This document shows positions 9,170-18,299 of a stretch of DNA of 64,000 bases, one piece after another. The position numbers and the translations under genes are program-made. This DNA is from an uncultured virus (IMG/VR IMGVR_UViG_3300046507_000471) (taxonomy: Duplodnaviria; Heunggongvirae; Uroviricota; Caudoviricetes). The stretch lies in the IMG/VR virus record IMGVR_UViG_3300046507_000471, one strand, 5' to 3'. The stretch's first letter is position 1. Each line of letters starts with the position of its first letter. A model generated the notes under the pieces. The model was not told the DNA's origin. It searched no databases and saw only the letters and a program-made list of their open reading frames with translations.

Positions 9170-9472
9170 AAGTGTTCCTTGCAACACGTTCCCGTTAGGG
9201 TAGTTCGGGTCGAGAACGGCCGTAGGCCGATTCACGTGGGGTCCCGAAGTTTAATGCCAGAAAGTTACTCGCTGGCCTTCGTTTTGATGCGGCTAAAACA
9301 AACAAATACTTGCAAGGCTACCGTAAAACATCTACGGTATTAAGTTACTACTGGGTAAACTCGTTGGTTGGTACCTGGTACTGGGTAAAACACTCTTTGA
9401 GTGTTCCCAGAGAGTAAAAGAGAAAGTTACTTTCTCCACCATCTGCTAGTTGCGAATGACTATACTTTACCC
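9170..9472 (-). ncRNA. candidate structured RNA or long 5' leader
   Basis: Begins just after the promoter motif at 9478-9487; at least 7 stem-loops; no - strand ORF of 60 aa or more. Confidence 0.55.
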
Positions 9473-9502
9473 AGGTACTTATACCATGATTACAGAGATT
9501 AT

Positions 9503-11938
9503 TTAAAGTCTCGGATCCAACTCTTTCTCTTTACTGAGCTGCGAAATCATCTTCACAACAAGCTCAGTTACCGCAGGGCCATTATCCGCTGAAAGCATCT
9601 TCATTGCGAGTTCATGTTCCCGGATAGAGACTTTGAGTTTGCCACCAATCCGCTTCTGTTTGCACAGGGCTTCATAGCGGCGTTTGTAGTCGTAACCATA
9701 AACGAGAGTCAGGTAATTTTCATTCCGGACTTTCATGTACGGTGCGATTTCATCATTCAAAGTCAATGGTTTGATAACGACACCCTCCATGTTCTTCTCA
9801 ACAGTGACTTTCTCGAAGAACTCTTTGGCCAGCTGAATTTCTTCTGGATCAGTTACATCGATTGTCAGGGCATCGTAAGTGCTCACACTAAAGAACGACT
9901 GGGCAAGCTCGATTTGAGTGTTAGTAACTTTACCATCACACTTCAGTATTGCAAAGGGGCTATAGAACGGTTCGCCATCTTGAGCGTAGATATCAAGCGT
10001 ATCACTGAACGTTTTAAGATCATTTTCCAACAGACCTTGAGCGTCAATTTTCTGCTTGAAGTCCAAGTTGTTAAACTCTTCGTCTTGAGCCAGCGTTGAA
10101 AGTTCGTAGTGTACAAGGCCTTCATACGCTTTGAACTGTTCTTCAACCAGACCCCTGCCGAGAGTTGTCCAGGGCTCAAGTTCCCCATCAAGAATAAGCT
10201 CGTCTTCCCATTCGAACCCGAGATCATCCAGTTGTTTAGGAATATTGTCAAGCATCGTCTGAAGCTGTTCTGTCATTCGAATCTTGAAACCATTCCGAGA
10301 AACAAGAAACGACTTCGAAGGATCCTTTTTGTACAGATATGCTTGACAACGAGAACCCATAAACTTAGGCTCGATAACAACGAACTGAACACCTCTACTA
10401 TTAAAGTAATCAAGCCCAGCTTCAAGACTTTCAATCTGAGTGTCCGTTGACGGAGCAGGGGCCATCGTACCAGAAATGTACTTAATGCCGTTCTTCAGCG
10501 TACGATTTAGAAACTTCATGTCGTCGGGAGACAACTTGTAGTCGTAGATGCTAAAAGGACGTTCCGGTGCATTGATAGGCACAGTCAGATTCGACTGCAG
10601 TTCTTTCTGATGTTCAACCAACGATTCAGTCTTGACTTCGTAGAACCCATACCGATTGTTCTTGTACACGAATGCCGTAAGCTTACCGCCATACACAGCG
10701 CCGGTGTCCAGGAAGATCTTGTTACGGAATTCCAGTTTATTTGCGTTGTGAGCTACGTGGCCAAATACGTGAAGGGGATGATTTCCCACGGCCTCTTCGA
10801 AGATGAACTTGTACGCTTCACGGTAGTCTTTGTCACGACGTCCGAAAAGATTACGCTGAGCCTTGAGTGCATCGCTGCTCATCTTACCGAGATACTTGTT
10901 CTCACAAGGAGCGTGAGTTACGTACACGGTCCGTACATCCCTTCCAATTACCTTCAGAAATGGAACTGAGTGATTATCGAACAGATTTACCACTCTAGCT
11001 GCAAGGCCAGGATCTTTCAAGAGAACCTTGAGTGAAGACATGTACTTTGCCTCCAGTTCAAGATCGGGGTTTTTAATCTCCCCTTTAATACGCTTTACAG
11101 CGTAGCTCTCATGATTGCCATGAACAATGATTCCGCCTTGCTCTACGAAGTTCTCGATGACGATGATCGTATCTTCAGTGTTTCCACCTTTATCGAGATA
11201 ATCTCCTACCAGTACTTCCTTAGGTGAGGTAGCATTACTATCACGAGATTTCATAAGCTGCATGTCAAGAGTCTGAAATGCAGTTACGTGCTCGTGTATA
11301 TCTCCGATAACTACAAGTTCTTCATGGAGTGGGAGATACAAATGGCTCTTTGCATAGATATCGAGGTCTTCGATTTCAACTTCGATACCAAACCAGTGAT
11401 TCGGATCACGTTCACGTATACGAATGTTACCGTCGTGCTCTTTGCGACCGAGATTAGGAAGAACTTTCTGTTTAAAACGAGCTGCGCTACTGTCTACAAC
11501 TAATTTTTCTGCAGGAGTAGATTCAGATGCATACGACTTATTGGTGTACTCGAAAGTAACCAATTCAGTACGGTACTCGTGCTTGTCTGCAATCTTCTTT
11601 ACTTCCTTACGAAACTGGTCATTCATACCAGTCGTATCGATGATCACAAACTCGCTGTTGATCGGGAACATGATCGCAGCTTCAAACTTCGCCATCAAAA
11701 CCTTGAATGCGGCCTCTGACGCCTCGCTCATGAGTCCGGAATACCGATGTAGCGACCCATGCGAATAGAGGCTCTGACGCTCTGCATCGGAGCTTATTAC
11801 CTTAACTACGCCAGGTACACCTACCTTGTGAAGCTGCTCATCGAGAGCAAGTTGGAACTGCCTTGCAAACGTGCTCTTACCGCACATCGAAGGTCCGACG
11901 AGAATAAAGACGGTATGAAGCTTAGTTTCGATTTTCAT
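9503..11938 (-). CDS. pnkp: bacterial-type Pnkp (polynucleotide kinase / metallophosphoesterase / RNA ligase)
   Basis: GPSMCGKST and SSDAER (kinase); GDIHEH, GDYLDKG, GNHE, FGHV, DTGAVYGGKLTA (phosphatase); EPKFMGSR, DGELEPW, EGVVIKP, KVRNENYL, terminal LDPRL (ligase). Confidence 0.93.
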   Translation of the reverse strand: MKIETKLHTVFILVGPSMCGKSTFARQFQLALDEQLHKVGVPGVVKVISSDAERQSLYSHGSLHRYSGLMSEASEAAFKVLMAKFEAAIMFPINSEFVIIDTTGMNDQFRKEVKKIADKHEYRTELVTFEYTNKSYASESTPAEKLVVDSSAARFKQKVLPNLGRKEHDGNIRIRERDPNHWFGIEVEIEDLDIYAKSHLYLPLHEELVVIGDIHEHVTAFQTLDMQLMKSRDSNATSPKEVLVGDYLDKGGNTEDTIIVIENFVEQGGIIVHGNHESYAVKRIKGEIKNPDLELEAKYMSSLKVLLKDPGLAARVVNLFDNHSVPFLKVIGRDVRTVYVTHAPCENKYLGKMSSDALKAQRNLFGRRDKDYREAYKFIFEEAVGNHPLHVFGHVAHNANKLEFRNKIFLDTGAVYGGKLTAFVYKNNRYGFYEVKTESLVEHQKELQSNLTVPINAPERPFSIYDYKLSPDDMKFLNRTLKNGIKYISGTMAPAPSTDTQIESLEAGLDYFNSRGVQFVVIEPKFMGSRCQAYLYKKDPSKSFLVSRNGFKIRMTEQLQTMLDNIPKQLDDLGFEWEDELILDGELEPWTTLGRGLVEEQFKAYEGLVHYELSTLAQDEEFNNLDFKQKIDAQGLLENDLKTFSDTLDIYAQDGEPFYSPFAILKCDGKVTNTQIELAQSFFSVSTYDALTIDVTDPEEIQLAKEFFEKVTVEKNMEGVVIKPLTLNDEIAPYMKVRNENYLTLVYGYDYKRRYEALCKQKRIGGKLKVSIREHELAMKMLSADNGPAVTELVVKMISQLSKEKELDPRL

Positions 11939-11940
11939 GC

Positions 11941-13257
11941 TTAGTCCTTGATTTTTGTAAGTACAATCATCGTTGAGGTGGAAACACCGTTAACCTTGTC
12001 GCCAATACCTTCTGTTGTCCAAACGATACCCTCGACACGGTTTTCACCTCTGACGATAGATGTGAACCAATTTGAAAATTCCTTGAAACCAGGTTCCCAC
12101 TTGTGGTCATCATGACGGAATTGACCTTCTTCCATCAGATAGTTCACGTTGAATTCTGCATTAGGAACGGTGATAACCAGCTTGTTGAAGTCAGTCTTGA
12201 GAACAGCTTGAATCAGAAGTTGTGCATCCCTCTTTTCCATGTGTTCAAGCACTTCAGTGATGAGTACATCAGCTCCATCGAATAGAGCGCTGCAATCGTC
12301 AACTGATTCAGGAGTTGCTGCTTCTTTGAAGGTAATATTCTCAACTCCCCTACCAGTGGCTTTCCCCACGGCATTCTCACGTACTTCTTCATCCGCTTCA
12401 TACGCAAGGACTTGTTCATACTTTGCACTGAGCGGGATCGAATAATTGAGTTCGCCGCACCCAATGTCAATGAGGACCGATCCTCCTCCCAAGTGCGGGA
12501 AGATAGCCTCTTTACGTTGACTGAGAGTGTCCCCGTGCCAGAGATCAATTTGGGGCGTATCGAGCAACGACTTGTTTTTAGCAAAGGTATCACGATTCGA
12601 GAATACATTCCGTTTAAAGAGGTATCGAATGAAGTACGGAGCATCGATGCGGTTAATTGCATTGATGTACTTCTCTACGTTATCACCCTTGAGGTTTATG
12701 TATATGCCCTTTGTCGAAACACAGAACATGAGAAAAATAACCATTGCTGCGTTCAACATGTGATGCACGCTAGGTCCGACAATGCGAACTTTGTAAGCAT
12801 GACCTGAAATCAGCTCGGAATGAAATCCATATCCTTCATCGAATCCGAACGTCCCATTGAAGTGTTGAGTGATGTGTTTCAGCATGCTAGCACTGCGAAT
12901 CTCAACCGTTGTCTCAAGCCAGGCGCTAAAAGGAGCAACAGTGTCTTCTTCCTGCAATTCCTTGAACGCCGTTGCAAGACAGTTCGTGATCAGACTGATC
13001 GGGAGATATGGTGAAGCATACCGCGTACGATCCAAGTATTCGAATTCCTGATCTCGACCTTCAGCAAACGAGCAGTGTAGAGCATGATCCTTGAACCACA
13101 ACCTAAAAGCTTTGTCTCCTTTCAGAAACCATCCGTATACTGAGCCTTGACGGATGGATTTCTTGAACGGATCTTTGGATTCACGAATCGTTGCAGGGTT
13201 TTTCTGAATAACCCATGAAAATTTAGGGTTCACAGAACCCAGAGTAAGAACCGACAT
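11941..13257 (-). CDS. hen1: Hen1 3'-terminal RNA 2'-O-methyltransferase (N-terminal ligase-activating domain plus MTase)
   Basis: IDIGCGE, TEVLEH, TVPNAEFN, FRHDDHKWE; N-terminal QKNP and YLDRTRYAS; 2 bp upstream of pnkp. Confidence 0.9.
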   Translation of the reverse strand: MSVLTLGSVNPKFSWVIQKNPATIRESKDPFKKSIRQGSVYGWFLKGDKAFRLWFKDHALHCSFAEGRDQEFEYLDRTRYASPYLPISLITNCLATAFKELQEEDTVAPFSAWLETTVEIRSASMLKHITQHFNGTFGFDEGYGFHSELISGHAYKVRIVGPSVHHMLNAAMVIFLMFCVSTKGIYINLKGDNVEKYINAINRIDAPYFIRYLFKRNVFSNRDTFAKNKSLLDTPQIDLWHGDTLSQRKEAIFPHLGGGSVLIDIGCGELNYSIPLSAKYEQVLAYEADEEVRENAVGKATGRGVENITFKEAATPESVDDCSALFDGADVLITEVLEHMEKRDAQLLIQAVLKTDFNKLVITVPNAEFNVNYLMEEGQFRHDDHKWEPGFKEFSNWFTSIVRGENRVEGIVWTTEGIGDKVNGVSTSTMIVLTKIKD

Positions 13258-13352
13258 TATTTAACCTTTTTGGAAGAGAGGTTTACAGGTAAAAACTTAG
13301 ACAATCTAATGACGGGACGAATCACCGTCCAATATCTTACTTATACCAACAA

Positions 13353-13538
13353 CTACAGGTATTGTGTGAAAGGTACAGTTGAATTTGGACGACGATCAAG
13401 TGTTGTGATTGGACCTTTGAATGAATCCTCTGCGTAACCGCAGGTTTTGCACTCAAACCAAATGGCAGTATTTGAAAGGCGTGACTTTTTTGTTTCGCCG
13501 CATTCGGGGCAGGAATCTAAAATGGGTTCAGTCTTCAT
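13353..13538 (-). CDS. small zinc-ribbon protein
   Basis: CPECG...CKTCG. Confidence 0.65.
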   Translation of the reverse strand: MKTEPILDSCPECGETKKSRLSNTAIWFECKTCGYAEDSFKGPITTLDRRPNSTVPFTQYL

Positions 13539-14545
13539 AATTTTGAATACGCCTCCTGAAAATACTTCTTTACGTCAGCTTCAATTTCTTCAGCAGACAT
13601 ACTGTCCATTGTCGTCCAATAAAGCCCGCCGTGCAAAGTCCTGTAGTTACCGAATAGAATACCTAACTCTCTATCAGTCAATCCTGTCCATTCAGAGATA
13701 AGAGTTCCGTTGATTTTCTTCTTAACCCTGTTGAGACGATGGTAGTCCATAGTAGCTATCGCATATGCTTTAACTGCTTCTGGAAATTCCATCTTTTCTA
13801 AAATTCTGATAAATCCAGAGTCTCTAGGAGAACGTTCATTGTTGAGAGTTTTACCCTTAAGCCAATCTAAGAAAAGCATGTACGTCTTACGTTTCTTATC
13901 TCGAACACGGCCTACAGCGTTGCGATTTTCAAGCAGATAGTTCCAAGTTGTAAAGTAAGGACTCGTTATAACATACTCGAAAATGGCATCCAGATTATCA
14001 AATCCAAGCGCATACCGTGCAGGGTCGTACCCGAGGAATTCCAGGGCTTCAGTGAAGTCTTGAGTAATGCAGATTTCTCTGACGAGTTGAGTGTCAACGA
14101 TGTACTTGTACCAGAGTCCGTCGTGACCAAACTTAAGACCGATGCCATGAGCAGTTTGACCGATAAGATTACCAAGATCATTGAAAGCAAAATACTTAAG
14201 GGCAAAGTCATGGATTTCTTCAGGTACGGTAATGAAATCAACTTGAAAAATGGTTCTCTTAAACATCAAACCAGTGATGTTTAAACCGAAAGAGATAACG
14301 TTGCTGTTAGTGTGAACCTCTGGGGAATTAAGAACCTTCTCACAAAACTCTCTGAGAGTACCAACATCAATACCAGAAATTAGAATGTCGAGGTCTCCGA
14401 AACTTTCTTTCTCTCTGTATGCTGGAATTACTGAAACTATCGCCTCAGGAAAGGCCTCCTTAAGAACTGTGCTTGTACCGTCTGCTACGAAGTCGTAGTA
14501 TTGCTTCTCCAGACGGACAGCGTTGCTGACTGCATTGCCGCCCAT
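13535..14545 (-). CDS. Pol beta-superfamily nucleotidyltransferase
   Basis: KESFGDLDILI and QVDFI catalytic Asp triad pattern. Confidence 0.7.
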   Translation of the reverse strand: MGGNAVSNAVRLEKQYYDFVADGTSTVLKEAFPEAIVSVIPAYREKESFGDLDILISGIDVGTLREFCEKVLNSPEVHTNSNVISFGLNITGLMFKRTIFQVDFITVPEEIHDFALKYFAFNDLGNLIGQTAHGIGLKFGHDGLWYKYIVDTQLVREICITQDFTEALEFLGYDPARYALGFDNLDAIFEYVITSPYFTTWNYLLENRNAVGRVRDKKRKTYMLFLDWLKGKTLNNERSPRDSGFIRILEKMEFPEAVKAYAIATMDYHRLNRVKKKINGTLISEWTGLTDRELGILFGNYRTLHGGLYWTTMDSMSAEEIEADVKKYFQEAYSKL

Positions 14546-14552
14546 GATTTCC

Positions 14553-14771
14553 TCACTTCTTTGCTGCTACAAGATCAGAACCAAATTTGATGATGCCGAT
14601 TACTGCCGTTACTGGTAGCGTGATTGGCCAGAATAGACATGCGAATGCCACCAAAAGACCAACCAATACCAATGTCAAATCACTGTGTGGTTTCTCGCTT
14701 TTCTTATTGGCTCCAACGATCAGAACCATAGCAAGAACCCACAACAAAATACCGAAGCCCAAATAATCCAC
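14553..14771 (-). CDS. small membrane protein
   Basis: Two hydrophobic segments. Confidence 0.7.
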   Translation of the reverse strand: MDYLGFGILLWVLAMVLIVGANKKSEKPHSDLTLVLVGLLVAFACLFWPITLPVTAVIGIIKFGSDLVAAKK

Positions 14772-14772
14772 G

Positions 14773-15498
14773 TTAATTCTCCTTTACGATCTTATCGACC
14801 TTATCCAAAATAGAAAGAACCTTGTCAATGTCGAACTTGTCTTCAGTGCGTGCGCCTGATTCAAGGTCGATCCATGCATAGCCGTTTTCGACATCCCTGT
14901 GACTCTGCAGAAGCTCAAACACTGTTTGCTCTACGTTGTAAACGTTGATACCGCCTGCATATCCAACATCAAACCGACTAGCCCAAGGTTCTGGAATATC
15001 CGGCCAACCTGCATCCTGCCAGGAAACACCCTTGCCGCCAGAAGCGTCAAGAAGAATCTTCAAATCAGGAGGGACTTCGTCTTCAAACATGCCATTGAGA
15101 AGAATGTCCGTGTTACCACTGTACTGAACGATTACAGTACTCTTTTCACTCTTTGCGAATTCAAAGATCAAGTCTTTGTTTTCAGCAGTCAAGAAATTAA
15201 ACTGAACTGCGTTGTAGCCTAGCGTTACTTCGTTTTCGAAATGTTTCCAAGAAGACAGAAACGCCTCTACCGATTTGCCACAAAGATGCGCAGCAAGAGT
15301 GTAGTATTCACCTCTATCGTTCGTTGCCCAGTACAGCTTCTCCCTCCACTGCGCTGTTGGGTAACGAGGTTGGCCCTCACGGGATTTAGAAAATAGAATG
15401 CCCCATTCAACGAATGGATATTCACGACCGATATCATCCAGAATCGACGGATCAACTTCGTCGTCTGCGCCGGTAATAGTAACGCCTAGTTCAATCAT
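14773..15498 (-). CDS. PRAI/TrpF-like TIM-barrel protein
   Basis: LLDASGGKG, GYAGGINVYNV, WIDLESGART...KFDIDKV. Confidence 0.7.
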   Translation of the reverse strand: MIELGVTITGADDEVDPSILDDIGREYPFVEWGILFSKSREGQPRYPTAQWREKLYWATNDRGEYYTLAAHLCGKSVEAFLSSWKHFENEVTLGYNAVQFNFLTAENKDLIFEFAKSEKSTVIVQYSGNTDILLNGMFEDEVPPDLKILLDASGGKGVSWQDAGWPDIPEPWASRFDVGYAGGINVYNVEQTVFELLQSHRDVENGYAWIDLESGARTEDKFDIDKVLSILDKVDKIVKEN

Positions 15499-15507
15499 TG
15501 TTATTCC

Positions 15508-15954
15508 TTACGCTAGAGCTGCGGCTTCCGTAGCCAATTTATCTGCAAACTCGTTCCACTTATTTCCCGAATGGCCTTTTACCCATTGCCATTTAAGCGG
15601 AGGAGCCTTTTCTACCAAAGAGTCTAGTCGTTTCCAAAGATCCTGGTTCTTTACAGGCTTCTTATTGGAGCCAATCCAGCCTTTAGCTTTCCAACCCTTA
15701 ATCCATTCTGTAATACCTTGCATGACGTATTTGGAGTCAGTAATGATAGTAATATCCTTTTCTCCGTCCAGCATCTCTAATGCAGAAATAACAGCCATTA
15801 ACTCCATACGATTATTTGTCGTATCTTTTTCCCCACCATTACCACTGTGCAGATACTCCCCATCATTATAGGTGAATACATATCCGTGCCCACCCTTACC
15901 AGGGTTATTAAGGCATGCACCGTCAGTGTAAATTACTACTTTATCTACTTCCAT
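15508..15954 (-). CDS. rnhA: ribonuclease HI (start probably MEVDK at 15954)
   Basis: YTDGACLNNPG, TNNRMELMA, TDSKYV, WVKGHSGNKWNEFADKLA. Confidence 0.95.
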   Translation of the reverse strand: MEVDKVVIYTDGACLNNPGKGGHGYVFTYNDGEYLHSGNGGEKDTTNNRMELMAVISALEMLDGEKDITIITDSKYVMQGITEWIKGWKAKGWIGSNKKPVKNQDLWKRLDSLVEKAPPLKWQWVKGHSGNKWNEFADKLATEAAALA

Positions 15955-16588
15955 TATTTCTTTCGCCAAAAGCGTGTTGATTGAGACGTTTATCTTCTTC
16001 AAAAGCTCGTTCTACAGACCATCTATTTTCTATTATCCTGCTATACATCAATTTTCTATCCAAGTGTAATCTATTACACCAGTTCACTAGCAAATCAGTT
16101 TCGCCTTTATATGTCAGCTTCACCGTAACGCCTCTATTAAGCGTCTGTTCTAAAGGAGTAGACCATCTACAATTTTCAAGGCTGTATTCTTTATCGGAGT
16201 CTATCCTATCCAAAGTCATACCCTCCGGACGTTCGCCCATATCTGCTAAGAAACCTTCGAACGATAACCATTTTTCACATATAAAGATGCCTCTGCCCCC
16301 ATACAAATAGTAGTTATCGTCGTTAGGATTTAAACATCTACTTTTCATTTTTGACCAGGAAGTGTAAGTCCTGGAGGTATGCATCCCATGTTTTAAATTT
16401 GACGTTCTACCTACACATCCGCATGATACAGTTGCCCCTGATTTCAAGGCATCTCTACTTATAGATTTATCAATGCCACATTGACATTTGCAAATCCACA
16501 TTCTACTGTCTCCGCTTTCGAAGTCCGGTTTAATAACCGTCACCTTCCCAAACACTTGACCGGTTATGTCTTTCCGGACTTTCCACAT
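15941..16588 (-). CDS. HNH homing endonuclease
   Basis: FGKVTV, CKCQCG, SCGC, YGGRGI, TLDRID, ENCRW. Confidence 0.88.
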   Translation of the reverse strand: MWKVRKDITGQVFGKVTVIKPDFESGDSRMWICKCQCGIDKSISRDALKSGATVSCGCVGRTSNLKHGMHTSRTYTSWSKMKSRCLNPNDDNYYLYGGRGIFICEKWLSFEGFLADMGERPEGMTLDRIDSDKEYSLENCRWSTPLEQTLNRGVTVKLTYKGETDLLVNWCNRLHLDRKLMYSRIIENRWSVERAFEEDKRLNQHAFGERNNGSR

Positions 16589-16589
16589 A

Positions 16590-18299
16590 TTACGCCTTCT
16601 TTTTAAATAACATATCGTTAATTGCTTCTTGAGTTACTCCACGATGGACTTGTTCCACCTGGCCCCAGTTAAAACCGATTTCACCTTCAACACCAATCGG
16701 AAGAGTCAGCCAATCGAAATTCTCTACTGGCCATTCATTCATGTAATAGAATGCCGTCTCGATTACTTCTGCCGCACGCTCAATCGGTACTTCGAATTCA
16801 ACTGAGTCATACACAGTACAGATACTTTTACAACGAGGGTCGATCTTTTGAATTGCTTGGTTAAGATGCGCAAATGTAACTAGACCAAGAGTCGAAGTTG
16901 CACTTTGAATCCGTACATTCTGAGCATTGCGCAGTGATGCGTTATAAGCTGCGGTCTTCTTGAATACTTCCTGTGCTACATACTCATGTTTGTACTGACC
17001 AAATGGTGTCCAGACTTTCTGGTTCCAACGTGCCATATTGTGTGACTCTTCAATATAATCCTTAACTCCAGGGTATGCATTGAAGTACATATTAACCAGA
17101 CGTTCAGCTTCAGACTTGTCCAACTGCAACTGCATTGCAATACCACCTACTGAAGAACCATAAAGTATCGAAAAAGTTAAAACTTTTGCAACTTGTCGCA
17201 TGCGTTTGTATTCTTTTTGGAGAGAATTACTCTTATCTTCCAAAATATGAATATATTCTTCGTATGACACGCCCATCATCGCACTGGCAGAATACGAGTG
17301 AAAGTCCAAGCCCTCGGCAATCGCCTTAAGCATATTCTTGTCACGACAGATTGCGCCTAGAATCTTAACTTCAGCAGAACTAAAGTCAAAGGCAATAAAT
17401 ACATTGCCGCTATCAACGATGTAGCACTCTCGTACATTGTATCCATGTTTAGGACGTGGAAGCTGCGTAAGATTAGGACTGTCGCCAGTGATCCGAAAGC
17501 TGCTAGTGCCAAACATGTTATAGCTAGGATGAATCCGACCATCACGCTTAACAAAGTCCTCCACATACGTCTTGATGAAAGTATTGTGAACACTATTAAT
17601 ATCCTTTCTCTTAGCCATATCTGCAAGGAACTGCAGCTTAGGATCTGGAGCATCATACTGGTTAGCCAGAGGATTTAACCCTGCCAGTGTGAGCAATGCC
17701 GCACCGTCAGTTGCATCATCACCAGACTTTGTCTTAAACGGAGCTACGAATCCAAGTTCTTCATAAAGCAGCTTACCAACTTCTGTACCAGAGTCTAGAT
17801 TGATTCTTTTACCGATTGCAGTAAAGATTTTTTCATCAAACTCTTCAACTTCACGAACCATCTGTTCAGAGATCTTGCGGTTACGATCAACGTCGTATGC
17901 CATGCCATTGATTTCAAGATCGATAATGAACTCGTGACAGAACATTTCTGTGTTGATCACTGATTCGATGATCGCCGGAGCCTTTGCCTTAATCGGCGCT
18001 CCATTGGGACCTACAATCTGCACTTCTTGAGGTTTTACTAAATCAGACCATAGACCTGTCAGGACTTCTGAAGTGACAATGTTATCAATACCTGCATAGA
18101 CGTAAAGATCTTCACTATCATAATCTTCATACGTTCTATAAATCTTCTTCTCAGCTACAGGTTCTTCAACCTTCGGTTTAGGCTCTGCTTTCTTGCGAGT
18201 CTTTTTCTCAACAGGTGTTTCTCGTACTTCAGCAATGACCTTCTCTTCTAGTACTTGCTCAGTCGAGGTCTTTGGCTTTGGGTCAATACGCTTAATCAC
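16590..18299 (-). CDS. family A DNA polymerase, C-terminal part (ExoIII motif plus polymerase domain)
   Basis: YAGID (ExoIII); GRIHPSY; PNLTQLP; DFSSAEVK (A); RQVAKVLTFSILYG (B); TVYDS (C). Confidence 0.92.
   Translation of the reverse strand: MIKRIDPKPKTSTEQVLEEKVIAEVRETPVEKKTRKKAEPKPKVEEPVAEKKIYRTYEDYDSEDLYVYAGIDNIVTSEVLTGLWSDLVKPQEVQIVGPNGAPIKAKAPAIIESVINTEMFCHEFIIDLEINGMAYDVDRNRKISEQMVREVEEFDEKIFTAIGKRINLDSGTEVGKLLYEELGFVAPFKTKSGDDATDGAALLTLAGLNPLANQYDAPDPKLQFLADMAKRKDINSVHNTFIKTYVEDFVKRDGRIHPSYNMFGTSSFRITGDSPNLTQLPRPKHGYNVRECYIVDSGNVFIAFDFSSAEVKILGAICRDKNMLKAIAEGLDFHSYSASAMMGVSYEEYIHILEDKSNSLQKEYKRMRQVAKVLTFSILYGSSVGGIAMQLQLDKSEAERLVNMYFNAYPGVKDYIEESHNMARWNQKVWTPFGQYKHEYVAQEVFKKTAAYNASLRNAQNVRIQSATSTLGLVTFAHLNQAIQKIDPRCKSICTVYDSVEFEVPIERAAEVIETAFYYMNEWPVENFDWLTLPIGVEGEIGFNWGQVEQVHRGVTQEAINDMLFKKKA

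Noticed and set aside
9170..9472. tmRNA, RNase P RNA, retron ncRNA or hammerhead ribozyme
   Set aside because: CTCCACCA at ~9434 has no T-arm; no GAGGAAAGUCC or CUGAUGA/GAAA cores; no reverse transcriptase in the window.
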